From Octopus vulgaris (Eukaryota), in contig OX597827.1 in assembly GCA_951406725.2 (NCBI GenBank), positions 32,240,001-32,304,000 of the forward strand: 64,000 bases of DNA. The letters run 5' to 3'. The notes beneath the pieces were generated by a model. That model ran no database searches. It saw only the letters and a program-made list of their open reading frames with translations, and was not told the DNA's origin. Below are positions 54,527-64,000 of the stretch, one piece after another; the stretch's first letter is position 1; every line of letters starts with the position of its first letter. The translations under genes were made by a program, and so were the position numbers.

Positions 54527-57267
54527 GCACGCACCATACAAGTGCACACACACCTGCGCGTGCGCACACACTTACACACACTTGTATATATGAACATGCA
54601 CAAATTTGTACATATATCCACCCACATCTATTGATGTTTGATTTTTATACGTAATTACATATATAAACCAGGAAAACGTTAATTGTTAGATTATTCGATA
54701 TATTTAAGTAGAACTCGACAAAGCTGTGTGGACACATGGAAGAAGGTTCTAAGGGCTAAACACAAAAGACTTGGTGAATCATATTAAGATGCAAGAATGA
54801 AAATGTGTTGTACTTCCAGAAGAGGTGGGACGATGTGAATTCATAGCTAGGAGACCATGAGTTGTCATAAATACATGCCATAATAAAACAGTGACCCACG
54901 AACTTATGAGCGGAAATAGAAGATCTAGCAGAGAAATATACGAGTAAGACCACCATATTAAGAGCAAAGAACAACCCTCCCCCGGCAAGCATTATACTAA
55001 AATAGTTACTGTATAGGTGGAGTGGTTGCAGTTTCATCCTGTTTGATATGATTGATGCATGGAAAACGGTGGGGGCGTGATTCGTGCTATGTAGGGTAAG
55101 AATGAAACGGACATTCCCTGGCATCATCACTGCTACTCGAAATCCCTGCAGAAAGCGATAGTGTCGGAAGGTGTCGAAATCGTTGTGGTTTCCAGTCGAT
55201 GACTGATGAAGAGAATATGCCATAGCGAAAGCTTCATGTAAAAAGATTAAAATGTGTACACACGATATGATACGGGACAACTGAAGAAGGGGAATGTTCT
55301 TTATGTTGCATGCCTCGTTTCTCTGTTTTTTCGTTGTTTGAAAAAAGTTCGTTTCTATGTTTTTGTTTTTATGTTTTCGTTTCTCATTGTGTTCAACATT
55401 TTCTTTATGTCCTGTACCCATATATGCATGTATATATACATATAGATGTCGGTATGTACATATATGTATGTATATATGCATATATTTATATATTATTTAT
55501 ATATATATATATATATATGTATATACATATATACATACAGACATATATATATATATATTCATATATATATATATATACATACACACATATATACATTACA
55601 TCGTTATGTTGAAGAAAGAAAGAAAGAAAGAAAGGAAAGGAAAGGAGAGATTCAAACGTACATATACTCAAACATTCTTACAGTATCTGCCACGGCAATA
55701 TTGCCAGTGTAGTACAGCGGACTATACAGTTGCTTGTCCCGCTGCAAATATCATCTCAACCTCCCTTAAACTTTCGACTTATTCGCTGTTTATGTTCAGT
55801 TGATCGTCCAGGTTTTAATTCAGTCTTGATATTTGCAGGTGGGATTTATTTTGGTGACGATATTTCTCAGAGATGCGAAGTTAACAAAGCTGTTCGATTA
55901 TGCTTGATACAATGTGTTTGGCTGTTATTCATTGCATAACATGTATACTGAGTGGTTAACAATTTTGCTTTGCATATAGTGCGTGTCATATTGGGTACAT
56001 AACTTCCTTGTCTAGGTTCAAGCCAAAGTATGTCAATGAAATACAAGGGACAGAAACTATGAGGAATCAATCGATGGGCTGTACCTGTTTTTGGGTGGTG
56101 AATTTAGTACGTCACCTAGATTTATAGCACAAACTGGTCATTGAGTGACTTTAGCGATATCAATTCTTTGCAAAAATTTGTGCCAGGTATTCGGTTTCCC
56201 TAACCCAATTTTGAAAGCTTTACAAAAACGATAATGTATTGTACCTTTTATATTAACAATCCTTTGAAAATATATTCAAAACTTACGTTCAGATTCCATA
56301 TATGTTAGGACAAAGTTGTGACATTTTTCTTTTCCATTATTCTTGTTGGTTGATATGTGACTGGGGAAATGGAATTTGAAACTGCCTTAACACATGTCAA
56401 TATAATATTTCTCCATAAATCTCATCCCTGTTTCTAAGAGAGCAAATATGTAAATGAGATCCACGTTACGAGTTTAGCAGCTGTGTAAAGAAGATACCGC
56501 CTACATTAATGACAACTGTGTAAATGATATCACAATTACTCAAGCTAGCAATCCGACAAATGAAATCATGCCTACCTAGGGAGCAGCTATGTAACAGATC
56601 ACTAATACTATGAAAGCAAATATAATTCAGCCTGTTTTGAGAGTAAATATGCAAATAAGATTTCGCCTTCTTAAAGAGCAACTATTTAAAATTTCCGATT
56701 TAAACGAGATTTATGATACAGGCCGAGTAATATGTACATAAAATCCTTGCTAAAACAAAGTGCTTACATGTGTCAATGTGTTTGTGTGCAGACGTGCGTA
56801 GGACTGTGTGTGCCTGTGTGCATGTATATATGTTAATTACAGAGCTAAAGTTAGTAGCATGTTGTTTTACTCTTTGGATAAAAAGCGTGTATTGTATTTT
56901 CCACGCGAATAATTATATCCTCACAACTTTAAGTGAAGACAGTAGCAATCGTAAGCTTAATTTACAGATTTATTTCATCTGTGTGTCTATCTTTCTCTCT
57001 TCTGCTCTTCTGTCTCATCCTGTCTCTCTTACTGCCTCCTCTTTTTATCTCTACAATGTCCAAGATATTGAAGATAAAAAAGCGATCGTATTTAAGCCTA
57101 ATTTTAATTTTAACTTTAGACGACTCTGAGGTTTTCCTCTCCTTGCCTTTGTCTCTTCGCTCCTTTTCCCCACCGTTCAAAGAGGAAATGCCAAAATGAA
57201 AATCGACCGTGTTCAATGATTAATTCTTTTAAATGAGTATAGACTAATTTCAAGATCTCAAGTTATG

Positions 57268-57304
57268 TTGTATTGACGAGCCCACAATAAGGGCGAAACT
57301 ACAG
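57268..57304 (+). ncRNA. Hammerhead relic with cleavage triplet deleted
   Basis: ttgta TTGACGA gccc acaataa gggc GAAAC tacag. Confidence 0.45.
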
Positions 57305-57398
57305 GAATATCTAATCTCTCTCTCTCCACCTCTCTCTCCCTCTACCAGTTATAAGCAGCGACAGCTGCAGCTGTTGTTCCAAGTCAAACAGCCACCTG

Positions 57399-57435
<37 letters not shown>

Positions 57436-57479
57436 GTATATATATATATATAAAATAACAATAATAATAAATAATGCAT

Positions 57480-57685
57480 GTGCCCTTTTAAAGCCTAGCC
57501 AGGCTCATGGGTTTCCCGGTTTCTATGGCGTATGTGTTCCTCAGTTGGATGGGACGCTAGTCCATCGCAACGTTACTTATTTTTGCCAGCAAAGCGGACT
57601 GGAGCAACGTGAAATGAAGTGTTTTGCTCAAGAACACAACGCGTCGCCCGGTCCAAGAATCGAAACCACAGTCTTACGATCATGG
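57480..57685 (-). mobile_element. SINE (CORE/V-like central domain)
   Basis: Minus strand has B-box-like GGTTTCGATTC followed by gttgtgttcttgagcaaaacacttcatttcacgttgctccag. Confidence 0.6.
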
Positions 57686-57687
57686 TG

Positions 57688-57792
<105 letters not shown>

Positions 57793-57805
57793 TGTGTGTT
57801 AGGTG

Positions 57806-57840
<35 letters not shown>

Positions 57841-57990
57841 TAGTTTAGTGTTATTTTTATGCCAAAGACAGTTCAACATTAAACTGAAATACTTTTTAAT
57901 AGAGTACAAGTAAATTTTTCTAAAGCAGTGACTTCGAAGTTTCAACTTCCTTCCCTTCATATACATATCATATGCGTGTGCATATGTATG

Positions 57991-58070
<80 letters not shown>

Positions 58071-58329
58071 CAGGTTTATTACAGTTTTGAGCAGACATGC
58101 AGGAATGAGCTGAACTCTTGTGAATGAAAAGAGACAATATAGAAAATTAATTGGAGACCGTATAATGAGCAATGAAATAAGAATATTTGGTGACAACAGA
58201 ACAACGGAAAGGAAGAACAGGGATAAGAGAGGGAGATGAAGATGCAAGATGGACGCTGGGCTTAGTTGGAGAGACTAGAGAAAGAATGATATTGTAATGT
58301 GTCAAAATGTGTGGGATAAAAAGATTGAG

Positions 58330-58885
58330 GCGGAAATTGTTGATGAAGGAGGAGGATGGAAGAGGATGAGGATGAGGGAAAGAGAAAGTGGATGTGGAGG
58401 AGAAAGAGAAGAAGATTGAGGGAAGGAGGGGGAGGTTGAGGAGGAGAAAGAGAGGTAGAAAGGAATGAGGAGAAAGAGGGAAAAAAGGCGGAGATGGTGA
58501 GACATAGAAGGGTGAAAGAGGATGAGAAGACAATGAAAACAAAAGAGAAAAAAAGAAGAAGAAGACGAAGAAGAAGAAGAAGAGGAGGAGGAGGAGGAAA
58601 AGGAGAGGGAGAAGGAGAAGGAGGAAGGAGGCCGGGATGATGATGAAAAAGAAGAAGAAAAGGAGGGGGAGGAGGAGAAGCAGGCGGGGAGGCCGGGATG
58701 AAGAAGAAGAGGGGGAGAAGGAGGAGGTCGGTCGGGATGATGATGAAAAAGAAGAAGAAAAGGAGGAGGAGGAGGAGGAGGAGAAGGAGAAGGGAAGGCC
58801 GGGATGAAGAAGAAAAGGGGGGAAGAGAAGGAAGAGGGGGCGGTCTGGATGATGATGATGATGAAGAAGAAGAAGAAGAAGAAGG
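58330..58885. repeat. Purine-rich GAG/GAA low-complexity tract with repeated ggccgggatga
   Basis: Seen directly in the sequence. Confidence 0.9.
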
Positions 58886-59844
58886 TTATCTGAGATCGTA
58901 TCAATTTTGGTGAAACTAACAATAATAGTTTTGTGTATATTAGATGACTTAATGTAGTTAGGCGAGACTAATAATACGCATGTAATGGACTGAACGTTTG
59001 CATTGTAGTGTAGGGAAGTAATATTCGAGTCAGTGAGGTTATCCGGTTATAATAAGATAGAACATTAATGGCAAATTGATTTGAAATTTAAAAGCAATTA
59101 TACTGGTTTCGATTTAAAAAGCTGGAAGTGGGGGTCTCTAAAAGATATATGTGCTTAGGTATGATGCGATAAAATGCTTACGGGAACGGTTTGATCTAGT
59201 TTGAAGTTATTTGATTTCAATAGATGAATGAGAATGCAGTTATCTAGAATCCTTAAGTGGATATTTGATTTTGGAGTGCGAAAAAGGAGGAAATGAACTT
59301 ATATGAAACGTAAGTTTTATATAGTTATAAGTGTAAGCTCTCGACGAATAGATGTTACAAAACAGGCATGATTTGAAGACGATTGATAGAAGACGTAAAT
59401 GGTGACAGAAATTAGTATGGGTGGAGTCAAGAGTTACTCACTATAGTAGTAGTAGTAGTAGTAGTAGTAGTAAAAGATTAGATAGGTAGAAAGAAAGCAA
59501 TTGATAAGGAGTAAGAAAGCAAGAGGAAGATAAGATAGCGATAGATGGATCGGAGGAGATGAGAGGCGGAGCTTACAATTATTTGGTAATATTAAATGAC
59601 GAAAAGAGCACAAATTGTTAGAACTTACAAGTCATAAATGGCAATCATCATCAGCGATCATAAACCAAAAGCCATGATTATGAAACGTGTCTTCACCGCG
59701 ATAAGTTGTCTGACAAAGCCCGTAACCAGCCAAACATGGCAGTCTCAATCAATAAAATTAATTAAAACTTCACACTGCTCCACCTGTGAGTTTTTATTCA
59801 ATGTTCACTGTTTCTGTGCCTGTAAAATGACACCCAGTTTAATG

Positions 59845-59878
<34 letters not shown>

Positions 59879-59917
59879 ATAAATGGTGGGGTTGTGTTGA
59901 CCGCACGTGGAGAAATC

Positions 59918-60213
59918 ATAGGCGAGGAAAAATTATAAAAAGGCAGAACGCTAAATTGAAGGTAAATTTTAATAAAAGTGGGTGTATGGAAAATATAGGT
60001 TTATTATTACTTCTTGGATAAAAACATTGTAAATTTCTTTTTTCCCCTTCCTCAATTTTTTAAAAATTTCTTTTCACCTTTCAATTCTTGAAAATTTGCT
60101 TTGCGATGAAAACCGATTAGAGTTAATATTTATTAAATTTTCCATACACCCATTTTTATTAAAGTTTACCTTCAATTTAGCATTCTGCCTTTTTATAATT
60201 TTTCCTCGCCTAT
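59918..60213. repeat. ~78-bp inverted repeat with ~140-bp spacer
   Basis: ataggcgagg...tatggaaaat versus attttccatac...cctcgcctat. Confidence 0.85.
60083..60124 (+). ncRNA. Hammerhead relic in the spacer of an inverted repeat
   Basis: aattc TTGAAAA tttgc ttt gcgat GAAA accgat TA gagtt; two transitions away from CTGAAGA. Confidence 0.4.
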
Positions 60214-60296
60214 ATATATAAATATATGTATGTATGGATGTATGGATGTACGTATGTATGTATGTATGTATGTATGTATGTATGTATGTATGTATG

Positions 60297-60350
<54 letters not shown>

Positions 60351-60400
60351 TACAGTAACACCCCCCTTTGTGGTTAGCCATATTGAGATGGCTTTTATAC

Positions 60401-60446
<46 letters not shown>

Positions 60447-61138
60447 ATGAACAATATCAACGTTAAAGCTCGAAATTGTAATGATCTTTTGAACGTTGAC
60501 TAATGAGGAATAAGCTACAAATTTTCTGTTGGAGAAATTTTCGCTATGTGACGCTATGCACTCCTGATTATTTTTACTCATTTCTAAAATATTCTTTGAA
60601 TATTTTTTCGTGTGACATCTATTTCTATCTCTTTCTTTGCCTCTATTTTGCCTTCCACCCACTCTCTTTCTCCTTCCCTCCCTAATACTTTACTGCTTCC
60701 TCCGTTCTGACTTTCTATCTGTCCTTCTCTAGTCTCCAGTCCTACAGGATATTTTCATTTTCCTTTGCGTTACCCTATGTCGGTATGCCTTGTTACCACA
60801 TGGCTTTTTTTGTTGTATATGTATGTCTTATTTTGTCGGGTTTGTTTATGTCATTGTCCTGTACATTCGTTGGCTATTCCCAGTGGCTTTTCGCCACTGG
60901 CGCCACCGAAACTGATCAATATCAATGTTACAGGCGTGAAACTGTAGTGACCTTTAGGGCGTTGACTGGTTCGTCTCATTCGATCCCCTGCCTCAATGTT
61001 TGTTTTGTCTGTCCTCATATCATCTCCTCTTTTTCTCCACCTCATGGTTAATAAAGAAATTGACTGATGAGGAATAAGCTACGAATTTTCCGTTATGTTT
61101 TTGTAGTATTTTCATTTGTCGTGCTTTTGTTAAATTTT

Positions 61139-61214
<76 letters not shown>

Positions 61215-61479
61215 CGAGAGATACATGTATATTCTCTTTACTCGTTTCAGCCATGCGGTTGCGGTCATGCTGGAACACCAGCGCTAAATCCGAACAGTGC
61301 GAAAGTACTCAACTATGCATTACTGGATACATATTCTTTGTTTGTTTCATGCATTAGGGAATTTATTTAACGTTCCCATATGAAAGGCTTGATAATTGTT
61401 GAGAGATTCTTCTTTACCTCTACATGAAACCGTTGGTTGCCTTGTTAACCCCGAAATAAAGTATATAAATGTGTGTGTG

Positions 61480-61533
<54 letters not shown>

Positions 61534-61770
61534 GGGGGGGGTGTATTAAAATACTGAGGGTAGAAATTGATATCAATCAATTAATATCAATTTTAAAAAT
61601 CCGAAGATTTAGAAATTATTTTAAAATTAATAAGAGGAATGACCACTAAAGTGGATTTCTATACGCTAGAAATAGACGTCAAATCACCTTAACACAAAGA
61701 GTACTGGAGTCGTTGTAATCGACTAGCACCCTCCTCGAAATTGTTGTCCTTGTGCCAAAATTTTGAAACC

Positions 61771-61813
<43 letters not shown>

Positions 61814-61817
<4 letters not shown>

Positions 61818-62416
61818 CAATTAATAAGAGGAATGACCACTAAAGTGGATTCCTATACGCTAGAAATAGACGTCAAATGACCTTAACACAAAGAGTGTGT
61901 TCTCAAGAAAGAAAAACCAGCAAACGCCAAAATGTAAAAAATAAGCAAGGCAAATGAAAATTTACAAAATAAAACGATTACCTACGTATCTGGATTTCAT
62001 TATTAATACTTGCAAAACGCAAAATGCAAGATGCAAGATGCAAGTATCTGTAAATCCTCAGCGTAGTCTGTCGTATTTCAAAACATATTTTACAGAACTA
62101 TACACAGAAACGTTTTCCCAAAATATACAGTTCTACAAAATATATTTGTGGTACTTTTCAAATGCCTTCACTTTGGCGCGCTAGTGCCGAAAAACGACCC
62201 TGCAGATAATAAATTACCGCAGTTAATTCACCGGTTTGAGAACATTACGTAGGTAATCGTTTTATTTTGTAAATTTTCATTTGCCTTGCTTATTTTTTAC
62301 ATTTTGGCGTTTGCTGGTTTTTCTTTCTTGAGAACACACTTTTTATGGTAAGGCGATTTGACGTCTATTTCTAGCGTATAAGAATCCACTTTAGTGGTCA
62401 TTCCTCTTATTAATTG

Positions 62417-62420
<4 letters not shown>
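61814..62420 (-). mobile_element. Hammerhead-bearing element with 175-bp inverted arms (Penelope-like architecture)
   Basis: 61814-61988 is the near-exact reverse complement of 62246-62420. An extra direct partial copy lies at 61625-61702, and (TA)n flanks both ends. Confidence 0.75.
61982..62066 (-). ncRNA. Type I hammerhead ribozyme, intact
   Basis: Minus strand reads ctacg CTGAGGA ttta..gatacttgca...tgcaagtatt..taat GAAA tc ca ga TA cgtag: 5-bp stem I, long stem II and an AUA triplet. Confidence 0.85.
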
Positions 62421-62454
<34 letters not shown>

Positions 62455-62681
62455 GACGGGCTTCTTTTCAGTTTCCGTCTACCAAATCCGCTCACAAGGA
62501 TTTGGTCGGCCCAAGGCTATAGTAGAAAACATTTGCGCAAGGTGCCACGCAGTGGGGCTGAACCTGAGACCATATGGTTGGTAAACAAGCTGCTTACCAC
62601 ACAGCCACTCCTGCGCCGAAATAGACTGTTCTGGGTTTTTTTAATTTTTTTTTTATAGGTGCTGAAATGTGTCTATTAAGA

Positions 62682-62842
62682 ACAAATAAGATGATGATTT
62701 ATTTTCGAACGCAGAGACGTCGTCAGAACAGCAGAAACAGTGAGTAAATTACCCTTAAAAAGCGGGGGAAATTTGTCAGCAACCTAATGTTTCTGCTGTC
62801 CTAACACCGTCTCTGCGTTCGAAAATAACTTATCTTATTTGT
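62682..62842. repeat. ~55-bp inverted repeat
   Basis: ttcgaacgcagagacg..acagcagaaaca versus tgtttctgctgt..cgtctctgcgttcgaa. Confidence 0.8.
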
Positions 62843-62845
62843 ATA

Positions 62846-62889
<44 letters not shown>

Positions 62890-63084
62890 TATATTACAAT
62901 GTGTACAGCTGTGTATATTTGTAGAGATGTGTATGCATACGTATATGCATATACATTCATTTGCTGTTATTACTGACGAAACCACAAAGCTGTTCATAAT
63001 GCCAATAATAATAACAATAATATCATTGGAAATAACAGATTTCTAAATTTCTCTCTAAGACGGATTTATGCAGGAGCAGCACGA

Positions 63085-63297
63085 TAAAGTGATAGTATGT
63101 TGTCAACTTAATATGACAGTCCCATGAAAGGGAAGAATGCTACTGTTTAGCCCTAGGAAACACCGTTTCCTGTTGGACTTGACACATTTCCTGTGTTCTT
63201 ATGTTTTCAAAGTGGAAACGGTGTTTTCTAAATAACAGTAGCATTCTTCCCTTTTATGGGACTGTCACATTAAGTTGACAACATGCTGTCACTTTAA
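63085..63297. mobile_element. MITE-like foldback with ~85-bp TIRs
   Basis: taaagtgatagtatgttgtcaac...ccgtttcc versus ggaaacgg...gttgacaacatgctgtcacttta. Confidence 0.7.
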
Positions 63298-63532
63298 TAA
63301 TATCATCATTGAATGGAAAATGGCTAGTATCAATAAGCTTTGCAAAACAGCTTTTTCAACTGATCCCATAAGAACACTTTTGCATTTCATTCAGCATCTT
63401 CAGGACGTTCTTCTTTCAATTAAAGCACCATTTTATCACATCGATCGATATGGTTATTCAAAGATCTATTTCCAACAACAGATTTCGTAAGAAGTTATTA
63501 CCAGGGCAATTCTCACATCAATTTCTCTGCTC

Positions 63533-63569
<37 letters not shown>

Positions 63570-63578
63570 CTATATGTA

Positions 63579-63644
<66 letters not shown>

Positions 63645-63829
63645 ATAAGTATATGTATGTATATATACATATATATATATATATTGTGCGTGTATGTGTG
63701 TGTGTGCGTATATATATATATATATATATATTGATAAAACGGTAAGATAACAAAAGAAAGAAAGAGACCTCAATATTATGTAAATAGAGGAAATTTATCT
63801 ATACAATATGTTACATTACTCGGTAGTCA

Positions 63830-63892
63830 AGGTAAAACTCTGAGTTTCAGATGCCGAAGTGGAAATCCACAACACCATCTCTTCGGTTATCT
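63830..63892 (-). ncRNA. Hammerhead motif with CCGAAGA core, partly decayed
   Basis: agataa CCGAAGA gatg...catc t GAAA ctcagag TT ttacct. Confidence 0.5.
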
Positions 63893-64000
63893 GGCTATTT
63901 GAAAACGTTATGAAAAAATACCGTTAAATAAAGGGAAATTACTCTGTTATAACTCTGCTTGCCTGCGTACTTATACATCGCTCGCATTTTTCGTCATAAA

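Noticed and set aside
55199-55237. atga CTGATGA...GAAAgct tcat hammerhead candidate
   Set aside because: No convincing stem II and no H17 nucleotide; a relic at best.
54756-55481. 241-aa minus-strand ORF
   Set aside because: It starts in a microsatellite and has no recognisable domain.
55867-56070. Possible GIY-YIG relic (GSYVPNMTRT)
   Set aside because: The resemblance is too weak to call without a database search.
62700-62730. Minus-strand CTGACGA...GAAA within a hairpin arm
   Set aside because: The stems do not form and the partner arm lacks the motif.

Overview
Very AT-rich, microsatellite-saturated eukaryotic intergenic or intronic DNA. The repeat content is most consistent with an octopus genome (inference). 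No host protein-coding gene is supported, and nearly all long ORFs in the track are microsatellite artefacts. Identifiable content: several tRNA-derived SINE families in many copies; a decayed near-full-length Tx1/L1-type LINE plus a truncated sibling, both in (GATA)n tracts; an R4/Dong-type RLE retrotransposon in (TAA)n; RTE and CR1/L2 3' fragments; mariner/Tc1 relics, MITEs, Helitron/Helentron-like pieces and a probable solo LTR. The main hidden signal is about 15 type I hammerhead ribozyme motifs found by eye on both strands. Four look intact (43970, 45478, 45807, 61982). They sit in short non-coding elements, mostly beside (TA)n tracts, some with partial-tandem or inverted-repeat architecture, and look like several families of retrozyme or non-autonomous Penelope-like elements. 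All folds and alignments were done manually and element boundaries are approximate.
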